A stretch of 64,000 bases of DNA from the human T2T-CHM13v2.0 reference genome, Homo sapiens: assembly GCF_009914755.1 (NCBI RefSeq), contig NC_060933.1, one strand, 5' to 3'. The position numbers and the translations under genes are program-made. Positions 14,181 through 26,229 of this stretch are shown one piece after another (within the stretch, counting starts at the first letter, position 1; each line of letters starts with the position of its first letter). Under the pieces are notes generated by a model. That model was not told the DNA's origin and did not search any database. It was given only the letters and a program-made list of their open reading frames with translations.

Positions 14181-14544
14181 CAATGTCACATCTGCTTTTT
14201 GTCTCAAGTTTCCCAACCTAATAAACCAGCTGAGGCCTGAAGGAGCTGACAAATAGCTCTAAGAGACAGAGGAGTGAGACATATTGAAATAAAAATTATC
14301 TGAGAGAGTTGAGAATGTTGCTTAAATATGTACAAACAATGTACTACCTAATTTTGACCCATTGTTACTGAAAATCCACGGGTTTTTGAGGCCAAAGTTT
14401 CACCACTAAATTTACTGCAGGATTAAGAACAAAACAGTTCATATTCTCTGTGAAAGCAAACAGATCCTAAAGAGGAGAAAATAGAAGCTGCCACCTTTTC
14501 TCCAAACTCACAAATTAGACAAGTCATTGCCATTTCCTAATGCT

Positions 14545-14766
14545 GATCACTGAGGGTGATTCTGACAACCAGAAAACACGTTTAAGAATATTTGGAAACA
14601 TTTTTGGTTGACATAAATGGGTTGAGGTGCTATTGGCTTTTTGTGGGTAGAGGCCAAGGGTCCTGCAAAGCACCTAATGCACGAGGTACCCCTCTTCACA
14701 TGCACACACACAATAAATAATTATCTGGCCCAAAATGCCAATAGTGCCGTGGTTGAGAAACTTTGC
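14545..14766. mobile_element. MER20 (hAT-Charlie MITE)
   Basis: GTGGGTAGAGGCCAAGGG..AATTATCTGGCCCAAAATGCCAATAGTGCCGTGGTTGAGAAAC matches recalled MER20. Confidence 0.85.
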
Positions 14767-14884
14767 CTTACTGGGACTGTTTAGAGAGTTATGCAGAGAT
14801 GTTTTGCACAGTTATATTTTTAACGCATACGATTTGTTAAGATTTTAATTTGTGTCTTTTTCCCCACTTAGCACTGTTTTATTA

Positions 14885-15043
14885 TGATTATAATTATTAT
14901 TGTGGTAAAATATACATAACAAAATTTACCACTTTAATCCTTTTTAAGTGTACGCTGTAGTGGCATTAAGCATATTCCTTAAATACATTGTTATTGCATT
15001 ATTTCACTTACATGAGGTACCTAGGGTCGTCAAATTCAGAGTC
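14885..15043 (-). mobile_element. Short L1MB 3' end with an inverted 5' piece
   Basis: 14899-14985 antisense L1MB terminus (TTGTGGTAAAATATACATAAC..GTGGCATTAAG); 14992-15043 sense L1MB (TTCACTTACATGAGGTACCTAGGGTCGTCAAATTC). Confidence 0.7.
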
Positions 15044-15362
15044 AACACTTTTGATACCTTTTTTTCAAGAAATATCACACTTTTAATTTCACATCATGGG
15101 ATATAATAAAGGGAGTTAGTTACAACATTTTTGGAAAGCTAAAAATGCACACAGAAAAAAAACTGAGATAACCCATATTTAGGAACTATAGCAAGAAGTT
15201 ATGAAGCTTAGGACTGAAACAACAAAAGGGAAGAAGAAACTAACTGCTTAGAGGAAAGAATTTTGTGGAGCTGGTGCTCAGACCTCTTGGGAGAGGGTGT
15301 CATCTAGCTCTTGCTGATACCTCTGAAAGAGCTCAGATTCTGAAGATGCTTTAAAAAAGCTA

Positions 15363-15430
15363 TCAGGTTGGTGCAAAAGTAATTGCGGTTTTTGCCATTT
15401 AAAACCTGCAATTACTTTTGCACCAACCAA
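15363..15430. mobile_element. MADE1 (Hsmar1-derived MITE), centrally shortened
   Basis: GGTTGGTGCAAAAGTAATTGC...GCAATTACTTTTGCACCAACC inverted repeat; TA at 15361-62. Confidence 0.93.
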
Positions 15431-15500
15431 AGAAATGCCTGGTCTAATTGCTGCTGTTTGAATGCCTCTGAAAAATATAGAAAAAATCAAGAAAACAGGG

Positions 15501-15827
15501 TGTCTTAATTCATTTAGGCCGCTACAACAAAATGCCATAGACTAGGTGGCTTAACAAACTGGAGACTGGGAAGTCTAAGATCAAGGTGCTGGCAGATTCA
15601 TGTCTGAAGAGGATCCATTTCCTTATAGACAGTTATCTTCTCACTCCAACCTCACATAGTGGAAAGAGTGCTGGGTCTGTTTTACAAGGGCACTGATCCT
15701 ATTCCTGAGGACTCTGCCCCTGTGACCTTAACACCTTCCAAAGGCTCCACCTTTTAATGTCATCACCTTGAGGGTGAGGATTTTAACTTATATATTTTGG
15801 AGAGACACAAACATTTATACCATAGCA
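15501..15827 (-). mobile_element. MaLR solo LTR (MLT1A/MLT1A0-like)
   Basis: TGTCTTAATTCATTTAGGCCGCTACAACAAAATGCC...ACCATAGCA; TSD-like CAGGG/CAGGA. Confidence 0.85.
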
Positions 15828-16399
15828 CAGGAAACTTTTCATTATCTTTTTATCCCTGCCTGATCATTTATTTTAGTGCCTCCTATCGACAGAGCAGAAG
15901 AAAGAAAAATGTCTTTCTGAGATAAGCACTTTGTAAGATCCCAGTTGCAGCACAGCAGAGATTAGAGAACAGGTGTGGAGGTGAATTATGAGTTATATAA
16001 CAGCATGATACTTGTAACCCATCGCTGTTTGCTACACAACAGACATTATGATTTGCACCCACATATTTTACCTATGGATTCACCTATCACTCTCTCAGGT
16101 TGTTCCCAATGAATTGCCACCACAAATTATGTTGTGAAGGTTACTCTAATATATCTAGCTATTAGGTTATAGGTATCTTAAATATTTATTTTACTGAGTA
16201 GTTCCAGATTAATCTTTAGATTGTTTGATCTTCTCTAAAATCCTACCAGCTGTCTGTAAATTTGAATCTTCTCATGGCATTTAATTGTAGAAGTATCTCA
16301 ATGGTTGTGTTTGATCTTTCAGTTTAGAAATCAATTATTTGCAACTACTGAGACCAAAGATTGATTGATCTTACAACCTTTCTTATGTTCAAACTACCT

Positions 16400-16630
16400 T
16401 TTCTCCACCCCTCAGTTTCATCCTTACCAAGAAAACATTCCATGTTTATCATCGTAGCCACTCCCTTGAATACAATGAACCCAGGACCCTTGCCTTGTAT
16501 TTGTCAGTTGGGTTAAATCCAACTCTGTCCACTGCATGCCTGTGCCCAGGCAGCTGCACACAGCAGAGGAAAACATACAGCCATGGTTATAGGTCTCAAT
16601 TTAAATCTGGGTCAATAACTCAAGTAGACT
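16400..16630 (+). mobile_element. L2 internal (ORF2) fragment
   Basis: GGTTAAATCCAACTCTGTCCACTGCATGCCTGTGCCCAGGCAGCTG resembles recalled L2 ORF2. Confidence 0.55.
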
Positions 16631-16816
16631 GGCTAACAAAAGACATGGAGAGAACATTTACAAAAAATTGCTAACAATATACTAAAATGAACAATCTGAT
16701 CATGATTAAAGACAAGGAAATTAAAATTACAAGGTTATCATTGTTATCAAACTGGCAAAAGGCTACAATGTTTGATGATACCCAGTGTGGAAAACAAGTA
16801 TCCTCCCACACTGTTG

Positions 16817-17290
16817 ATTCATTCAATTAATAACGTATACTTGACTGAGTTTCCTCTATATCATATCAGACACCTTTCTAGGAAATAAGAAAACAGCAGG
16901 AACCAAAATGGAAAATGCCTGTGATTCAAGAAGTTAACATTTTAGAAGAGAGAAGGGAAGCAAATATATAAAAAATATAATGTCCATTATTAATAAAAAG
17001 CAATAAATTAAAGTAAAAGGGTAGGTAGTGATTATTAGAGTGATATTTTCTCATAAAGGGCTCCAGGCATACCTCTCTAAATCAAAAACCTAAATAAAGT
17101 GAGGGAGCAAGTTGTGCGAGAGTATGGGACAGGGTACCCCAGACAGATAGGACAGCAAGTGCCAATGTCCGGAGGGAGGGTTATTGGTCTATTGACAATT
17201 GTGTGGTTACAGCAAAAGAAATAACAGGGAGAATGGAATTTGATGGGATAAAAGAAGTAGAAAAGTGTCAGGTCAAGAAAATGATAATGA
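16817..17290 (-). mobile_element. L2 3' fragment, flanked by old L1M-like pieces (about 16700-16815 and 17370-17560)
   Basis: ATTCATTCAATTAATAACGTATACTTGACTGAG antisense L2 tail; AAAACCTAAATAAAGTGAGGGAGCAAG; CAGCAAGTGCCAATGTCC. Confidence 0.6.
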
Positions 17291-18364
17291 ACTTATTTTT
17301 AATTAGAATTCTTCTGGATTTTAAAAATTCGTATTCTTCTGGAGTTTATACTTTTGGTCTTAGAAGAAATAGACATTGGTTCAATCGTATTGAAGGGTCA
17401 TTTAGTAATATCTGTCAAAATCAAAAGGGCAGAAACTCCAACCCAGTAGTTTCAGTTACTGAGGATAATTTCTTATACTCAGAAATATTCTCCTAAGTGT
17501 GAAAGTGTGTAAACAAATATGTTTATTTCAGTAATTTGAGTAATAAAAAACGAGGAATAAACTAAATAAGCTACATAATTTCATTTCTCCATATTATATC
17601 ATTTATTCAAAGCATGACATTCATTCAGTCTTCCAGAAAATATTCACTGAGTGCCTACTACATACGAGGAACTGTGCTGTAACCTTGAAAAACAATGGTT
17701 GAAGTCCCTCAAAGATTTTACAGTTTAGTGAAGGAGGCAAATAAATGAATGATAGTTACAAAAAAGTGAGTGTTGCTACAAGATGTGTAAGTATCAGCTG
17801 CTGGGGGAAAACACAGAGAGGGCCTCTCTACATATCTCTGCCCAGGCATGTCAACAGAATGCATCCAAACCCACATCTGCTGTTGCAGCTCTCTTCCTCC
17901 GTAATTATATATCCAAATGAAGTGTCCCAAGGTCCATCCAGCTGCTCACAGCAGAAAGCTACACACCCAATCACAAACCATACTCTGTAAGTTTTATTAC
18001 TTAAGAGTTCGTTATCTCATTCATCTCAACTCAAAATCTTTAATTCTGTCCTCATCATTTCTCTCCCTAGATTAATAAAATAGACTCATCTACCTTTTTC
18101 AAATTGAGGTTCTTCTGATACATTCTTCTCCCTAGTCCTGGGACTGTCCTTTTAAAAAGGTATACCTGGGCATGATGAAGCCCTGTTTTTTTCTTCTGCA
18201 ACTCCTCATTTCCTTCAGGATAAAGACCTACCTCATCTATGACCATGATTCCACTTGTATCCTTTCCTTCTAATAATTGTATCGTAATCTGATGAAGAAT
18301 TGAATTTTGGAGCAATTAAAAAGCAACTATGTTCTTTAAAGAATGTTTTAAATAGTTTCTTTTT

Positions 18365-19240
18365 TTCATTTATTCATTCAATTAATAAATAGTCATTGAA
18401 TTTTTAATAATGTACCAGGTACTATGCAAGGGACTATAAGGAGATAGTGAACAAAAAGTAAAAATAATTCCCTAGCCCTTACCCTCAGAGAACTAGCAAT
18501 CCAATAAAAGATGGATTTCACTTAATTTCCACTTTTTCACTTAATTCAGTGAAAAAGCACAATGATATTAAATGCTTTAATGTGGAAATTTATGATGCTG
18601 TAGAAACACTTAACAATTGGATTTTATCACATCAGGATTGGCCAGAGAAGGCATACATAGGAAAGTGACGACTGAGCTTAGATCCAAAGGGTGGTTAGGA
18701 GTTTATTAGGTAGAGAGGAGGGAAGAGTGTCTTCCTAACAAAGGGAACAGCTTGTACATGAGCCCCATGGTAGGTGGCAACATAAGAATACTTAGGTCCT
18801 GGAAAGGCAATCTAGTTGGAATAGAGAAGAAAAGAGATTCAGGTATAGAGCAGGTTTTGAAGGACCGCTGAAAGGTTTTAAGCAGGGATAGGACAACCTG
18901 GGGGACTGAGTCTGGACAGAATAGAATGGAAGGATGAATGCTATAACCAGACGTGTTCTGTAAAGATAACTGACTACCCTGTGGAAAACTGACTGGAAGA
19001 GACAGCAGTGACTATGGGGAGACCTTCAGCAGGGTTTTACAAGGGTGGAGGTGTGAGGTGATGACACTGTGCAATGGGATGTACTAGTGTGGATGAAGAA
19101 AGGTTGAAACTACGAATATGGTTAGGAAGTAACATTCTGAAAAGTTGTTGGCAAATTAGTTATAGACAGTGAGAATACAGTAGATGTCTTGTTTTCTGAT
19201 GTGGGTAACCTGGGTGAATGGCGTCACAATTCACTGAGAT
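18365..19240 (-). mobile_element. L2 3' fragment
   Basis: ATTCATTCAATTAATAAATAGTCATTGA..TGTACCAGGTACTATGC antisense tail; AAAGGTTTTAAGCAGGG. Confidence 0.7.
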
Positions 19241-19314
19241 TAAAAAAAAAACACTATATGTAAAAAATATACTTTACGATGTATCTGTCAGAACCCTTTT
19301 TCTCTTTCTCTTTT

Positions 19315-20470
19315 TAAAATAGCCTTTGGGTTTTTTTTAGAGTAGTTTTAGGTTTGTAGCAAAATTGATAGGAAGTTGCAGAGATTTTCCATATACTCCA
19401 TGTGCCCACATACACATAGCCTCTCCCGTTATTAATACCCTTTACCAGAGTGGTACCTTGGTTACAATTGATGAGCCTACATTGACATATTATTATCATC
19501 CAGAGCCCATCATTTATATTAGGATTCCTTCTTGGCGTTGTACATTCATCCTATGGGTAACAAATGTATAGAATGACATGAATCCATCATTATAGTGACA
19601 GAGTAGTTTCACTTTCCTAAACATCCTCTGTGCCCTGCCTATTTATCCCTCTCTCCTCCCTAACCCCTGGCAACCACTGATCTTTTTGTCTCTACCATTT
19701 TGCCTTTTCCAGAATGTTATATAGTTGGAATTATACAATATGTTGTTTTTTTCAGACTGGCTTCTTTTATTTATTAATATGCATATAAGTTTACACCATG
19801 TTTTTTCATGGCTTGATAGCCTGTTTCTTTTTAGTGCTGAATAATGTTCAATTATCTGGATGTACCACAGCCTATTCATTCACCTAATGGAGGACATTTG
19901 AAGCTACTGAAGCAACTTATGTTTGTTTCCAATTTTGGAAATTATGAATAAAGCTTCCATAAACATCCATGTGCTGGCTCTCGTATGGATATAAGTTTCA
20001 CCTCCTTCAAATAAATACCAAGGAAAATGATTGCTGGATCTTATAAAAGTATGTTTAGTTTTATAAGTAACTGCCAAATAGTCTTTCGTACTGGCTACAG
20101 CGTTTTGCATTCCCACCAGCAATGAATGAGAGTGTTCCCGTTGCTCCATGTCCTTGTCAGTATTTGGTATTGTCAGTGTTCTTGATTTTGGCTATTCTAA
20201 TAGGTCTGCGTGGTGGTATCTCATTTCAATTTGCATTTACCTGATGTCATGTGATGTGGTACATCAATTCATACACTCATTTGTTACCTGTATATCTTCT
20301 TCAGTGAGATGTCTGTTAAGGTCTTTGGCCCATTTTTTAATTGGGTTGTTTGTGTTCTTATTGCTGCACTTTAAGAGTTCTTTGTATATTTTGGATATCC
20401 ATCTTTCATCTGATATGTCTTTTGCAAGTACTTCTCCCAGTCTGTGGCTTACCTTTTCATTCTTTTGATT
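19315..20470 (-). mobile_element. L1MC1-like 3' fragment
   Basis: AGTAGTTTTAGGTTTGTAGCAAAATTGA..ACCAGAGTGGTACCTTGGTTACAATTGATGAGCC; ORFs 19643-19879 and 19904-20149 are ORF2 C-terminal remnants. Confidence 0.85.
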
Positions 20471-21070
20471 GCTTGTATGTCAAATGCCAAATAAGGTTAA
20501 AACTATATTTGTAAATATTAAACTCAATATTAACCTAATTTTATTCTTTTAACTTGTCTTGTAAGAAATTAAATTAATCAACTATAAAACATTAAAAGCA
20601 CTTAATGTAAACATTTGTTTGGAAGAGGAACAGGCAAGTAGCCTATCATGGCTTGGCATCTGAACAAACCCACAATCACATCTGAAGTTCACTGGTATGA
20701 TATGATCCAAACGTAAAATATCTAGAAGATGATGCCAGAACTTTGATTGCTAAACATAGGATTCTTAAACAAGAGTGATGACTTAGAGACAAACTTATGT
20801 CTTGAGCTCTGTATGCCAAGAGTTTAAAGACGGAGCTGAGGATTGAATTGATTAATATGTCAGCTCTTATTAAGGCAGTTTAAACCTCTCAAATGATGGT
20901 GGTTTTAGGAGATATGTTTTGCTTCTAGGGAATCCACAGTTGCATTAAGCACAAAATGAATTACAATGAATGTTCCTCATGTTGCCACTTAAAAAAACTA
21001 TAATCTGTTTGAAGGAAAAATTTAATTTCCAAATCCAAAGGCAAAAGCATCCTATAAGTTAACAGTATCA

Positions 21071-21390
21071 GGCCAGGTGCAGTGGCTCAAGCCTGTAATC
21101 CCAGCACTTTAGGAGGCCGAGGTGGGTGGATTACCTGAGGTCAGGAGTTCAAGACCAGCCTGGCCAATGTGGTGAAACCCCATCTCTACTAAAAAAAAAA
21201 AAAAAAAAATACAAAAATTAGCTGGACGTGGTGGCGCACATCTGTAATCTCAGCTACCCAGGAGGCTGAGGCAGGAGAATCGCTTGAACCCAGGAGACGG
21301 AGGTTGCAACGAGCCGAGATCACGCCACTTCACTCCAGCCTATGTGACAGAGCAAGGCTTCATCTCAAAAAACAATAAAAAAAAAAAAAA
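21071..21390 (+). mobile_element. AluS (AluSx-like), full-length, expanded central A-tract
   Basis: Canonical dimer; 16-bp TSD TAA(G/C)TTAACAGTATCA at 21055-21070 and 21391-21406. Confidence 0.95.
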
Positions 21391-21629
21391 TAACTTAACA
21401 GTATCAATGGTAAAGATTTTGCAAATGGGTATTACATTTCTGGAAAAAGTTTTGAAAAGTAATTTAAATTTTGATATGGAATCATTCTTCTATGTTAAAG
21501 AAGCTGAACATAAAAATTATTTGAGACTAATTTTAGATTCTTCTGGAAGAATGGATAAGGTGAGCTAAAGTGAGGGAAAATAACTTATGCTGCTGCTGAT
21601 GACTATGATGATACTGATGTTGATAATAA

Positions 21630-21870
21630 CAATGAATAATAAAAAGGAGTTTCCTAGGTGCCAGAGTACTGTACATGAATTAGGTTATGAATCTTCCCAA
21701 GAACATTTGGGGTAAGGTACTGTTGTTATTTTTATTTTACAGATGAGGAAACTGAGGCACAGAGACATTAAGCCTCACTAATTGCCTTAGGTGACATTGC
21801 TTGTGTTGGTGAGCAGGGTCTTGAATCCAAGAAATCTAACTTCAGAATGTGTGATCTGAACCATTATCAT
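21630..21870 (-). mobile_element. MIR SINE
   Basis: ATTTTACAGATGAGGAAACTGAGGCACAGAGA core. Confidence 0.9.
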
Positions 21871-22389
21871 TCCTATTAATCATAACTTTAAGAATTGATT
21901 AACTTTTCTGGTGTTATTATCTGTTAGAAGTTTTAAACGGAAATGAGGAAAGGGACAAAACATTCCTTTCTTTGATGTATCCTACTGAGAAAACCCTGAA
22001 AAAAAAGTAAACAAAAAACACTCTACTAATGCAAGCTTGAGGTGATTTTGACCCCTTCAAGTCAAAATCTCCCCTATAATTCACTACTAGGCAGGGATTC
22101 TAGTAGAATTCAGAACATAAATATTTAAATGCAATAATTGAAAATTTAGAGTTGACTTTTTATCTCTGTGGTACACTCTGCACTGTGAACTGAAACGCAA
22201 AATCATGCTGAGAAGAATTTACAAATGACTTTTCCTCTGGAAAAAAAGAAAAAAATGCAAATTGTTGCAAAATCCTAAATGTAACATATAATTCCCAAAG
22301 GTGGCTTTGGGCTGTTCTTCTTTACACTGTTAACCTGAGCTCATTAATTAGCGTTTCATTATTTTTTTTGTTCCTGGGGAGATGAGGTT

Positions 22390-22615
22390 ACAGTGTGGTG
22401 TAGTGGAGACAAGAAAGGCAGTTCAATTCCACCATTTAGCAGCTACATGACTTGAGTCAGTGATGCTCAAGGGGTAACTTTCCTATTCCTTGCTAGCCTC
22501 ACATGCAAAATGAAGGTTTTAATTGTTACTATAGCCAATCATTGTTGCGAAGATTACATAAAGCTCTTAAAACAGAGCCTGACACATAATAAATGTTCAA
22601 AAGGTGGTAACAATT
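22390..22615 (+). mobile_element. MIR SINE (degenerate)
   Basis: CAGTGTGGTGTAGTGG start; AAAGCTCTTAAAACAGAGCCTGACACATAATAAATG tail. Confidence 0.65.
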
Positions 22616-23541
22616 ACTTTCATTCTCTGACCTTAAAATAGCAGATTGTTAGTGTCTACAAACAAGGACAATATTTATGTATTAATGAATCCTGACTTTT
22701 GGAGAAAATGAAAATGTGTCTTTTAGATTTCCAAACTTTTAAAGAAAGCATTATTGGTATTATAAAATACAGCTGGTTATTTAAATTTAGCTATTTTATT
22801 TTTTAATTAAAAATCTCTCATGGGTTATATTGACTACAAACAGGGTAAAGAGAGACTGTTTTCCAGACAGCAGCCTGGAGGCTATTGCCAAATGGGTACC
22901 CATGATCCCAGGCTGTGCACTAACTCTCTATGACTGCTTTGTGTCAAAGCAAAAGAGTAATTGACATGCTAGTTAACACAGGCTGAAAAATGACCTTGAT
23001 TTTCACATTGTCCCTGGCTTAGCTAGATAGTTAAATCTGCCATCTTTTACCTGTTTAAATAAAGGCCATAAAATACTATTTTAAAACAAAACCAGTAATA
23101 TCCTCACGGATTTATCCTGAGCAAATACTTCAAATGTTTATATTACTCATTTTTAGTATTGTAATTTTGTTTACTGATATGAGTACGTATGAATACAATT
23201 TCTCAGATAGTTTGCCTCTGTTCCAGATAAAATGCAATATATACATATGTGTATTAATGTATAGCTATATATATATGTGTGTATGTGTGTGTGCATACAG
23301 CATTTAAGTGCTTTTTTTGGTAAAATGAACATAAACTCAAAAGACATTATTATAATATTCATTATTCCACTCAAACCTACATACCAGGAATTCTGACATT
23401 TTACTGCTAAAATAAATGGTTTTTGTTTGTTTGTTTTTAGAGCACTTAATTTAATGACTTAATCATTTGTCTTTTTTCTTCTATGGCCCAAATTCCATAT
23501 TTTATGGTAGTTTTCTCGTTGGTTTATATACATGAACCAAA

Positions 23542-23832
23542 TTTTTTTTTTTTTTTTTTGAGACAGGGTCTCATTCTGTTATCCAGGCTGGAATGCAGTG
23601 GTATGATCTTGGCTCACTGCAGTCTCAACCTCATGGGCTGAAGTGATCCTCCACCTCAGACTCCTGGATAGCTGGGACTACAGATGTGCGCCATCACACC
23701 TGGCTAATTTTTTATAGAGATGGAGTTTTGCCATATTGCCCAGGTTAGTCTTGAACTCCTGAGCTAAAGCAATCCACCCACTTTGGCTTCCCAAAGTGCT
23801 GGGATTATAGATGTGAGTCACTGTGCCCAGCC
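23542..23832 (-). mobile_element. AluJ
   Basis: Poly-T then GAGACAGGGTCTCATTCTG..CTCCTGAGCTAAAGCAATCC..CCCAAAGTGCTGGGATTA; J-type diagnostics. Confidence 0.92.
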
Positions 23833-25809
23833 AGAATTCTTACGGATAAGGTATAATGAAATTTTTCTAGTATGAGATTTATAAGGCCAAGAACTTACTA
23901 TCTTAATATTTTCCCCTGAAAATAACACATTAGCCAACCATATTTACATATATCTTTATATCTCTGATCTCTTTGGCATCATCTTATGTGTTCCTGGTCA
24001 CTGGGTGCTGCTGCTGAAGTCTACAGCTAATAAATTTATAATTGGATTTCTTGCTGGCAGGGCCTTTGCTGGCATGTAAAATCTAGCAGAAAGCAAATAT
24101 TTTATTACACGATATTACATATCATCATCATTGCATCAGATGTGAATTGGAAACAAACTTGAAAATATTCATGCTCTTAATATACTAGTAAATTTGACAC
24201 GAGGTAGTTTAAATTTTTTAGCTAAATTTTTGTCATAGTATCTATTACCAACTTTGCCTAGTAATTTTTAATCTTTGTTTTAATAGCAAAATAAATAAAG
24301 CACTAAAAAGAATACATTTAACATTGTTAATAGACCTGAATAAGCAAATATTTAAAATAGCATTTTTGTGGATAGTTATTAGGCATATACTGTTAGCATT
24401 CATAGAAACATCAGACATGATTTAGACCAAGAGAAGCGAACTCAAAGAGGCAAATTACCCAACAAGTGATGTAATAGCAGGTAAGTGGCCCTACTAAAAG
24501 GTGAGGTAGAGACTGTGGCAAACAGCAGAGTTCATGCCCCTGGAGAAGGGACAACTTCTATTCGGTTCCAGTTAATTGTTGCCAAACAGACATGGCAGCT
24601 CAATATGGCCAGTTCATTCAATGTTTTGAAAGAGCGATAACTTTTGATTTTATGTGAAATCACATTTTGAGAATTGGCAACTAATTTTAAAAAATAAACA
24701 CTGTGAGTGCTAAAGAAAGTAAAGCAAAACAAAATATTCACAGGCCTGATAAAACTCATAGTCTGACAGTTACTCATCCTTTTTAGAATAACATGTTATT
24801 GTCAAACATGAGGTTACTGATGCCCAGAGAAATTTAGTAACTCACCCAAAGTTAAAAATTACATTATGGCAACCTAGGTTATCCCAAATTACCATATTCT
24901 CCTAGTATGAATTCATATACTTACCCTATCATTCCTGAAACAATTTGTAATTAGGTTATAGCTATCCAACCTGAATTAAGTAATTTTGCATGTGTATGTG
25001 TTGCACACTTGTATGTTGGTTAAGTACTTTTATATACATTGTGCTGAGTTCCTATACATTGCCTCATTTAATTCTCTCAATTAGCATCTTCATATGAGAA
25101 AGAAAACCTGGAAACCAAATCCTCGTGTACTATAAAACAATGAATAAAAAAGAGTATCAGGAACAAAGTAAGGAAGTTGTTAAGTTTAGGACCTAGAATT
25201 GGCTCTAATATGCTCTTTAGGTGAAAGCTTGTTATATTTTTCATACGTGGAATTCATTAATTTCTTATCTGAAAGCAGAATTTGGTAATTATCAATAATT
25301 AACCTCCATAAAGTTACTGCTGCTGATTATTTAACCTATCTTTATGTTGATTTGCTTTGATGACTAAGAGTTAACCAAGCTGAGGCAGTTATAATGTATC
25401 TTTTCTTCTGTAAGAACAAGTCACCCTTCAATGATTCATTCATATATTCCCATCTTAATAGCCTTCTTACTTAAGGCTTCATCATTGGTCTGCTTCTCTA
25501 GTAAATACTGTATACTCACTTATGTCATCATTTAGACAATCTCTCAAACTTTAAGTTAATTTTTTATCATACATTTTCTTAACTCATCAAAATATGCATT
25601 ATATTGATTTTCAATTAATTTATGTTGAAATGAATGAGATAAAAATGTGGAAAAAATGTTATCTAAAATGAAACAACAGTATAGGATGATTAACATGATT
25701 AACGTATTAGTCAATTTAAAATTCCACTGCTATATTGCCATAGCTATGGAAATGTTGTGATATGTTCATTCTACTAAATCCTAATATTTAAATGTGTTTC
25801 CTGGAGTAT

Positions 25810-26229
25810 TGTGTTAGGCCATTCTTGCATTGCTATAAAGAAATACGAAAGACTGGGTAATTCACAAAGAAAAGAGGTTTAATTGGCTCACGCAGTTCCA
25901 CAGCTGTACAGGAAGCATGATGCTGGCATCTGCTTGGTTTCTCAGGAGATCTCAGGAAACTTACCATCATGGCAGAAGGCAAAGTGGGGGCAGGCAACTC
26001 GCATGGCCAGAGTAGACGGGAGAGAAGCAGAGAGGTGCCATACACTTTTAAATGACCAGATCTTGTGAGAATTCACTATCATTAGAAGAGCACAAAGAGG
26101 ATTGTGCTAAACTGCTCATGAGAAATCCACCCCCATAATCAAATCACCTCCCACCAGGCCCTGCCTCTAACATTGCAGATTATAATTCAGCATGAGATTT
26201 GGATGGGAACACATATCCAAACTATACCA
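25810..26229 (-). mobile_element. MSTA-type MaLR solo LTR
   Basis: TGTGTTAGGCCATTCTTGCATTGCTATAAAGAAATAC...CCAAACTATACCA; TSD-like AGTAT/GGTAT. Confidence 0.9.

Noticed and set aside
24478-24486. Perfect donor CAG|GTAAGT
   Set aside because: Context resembles the antisense MIR motif CTAGTAAGTGGC; no convincing upstream acceptor
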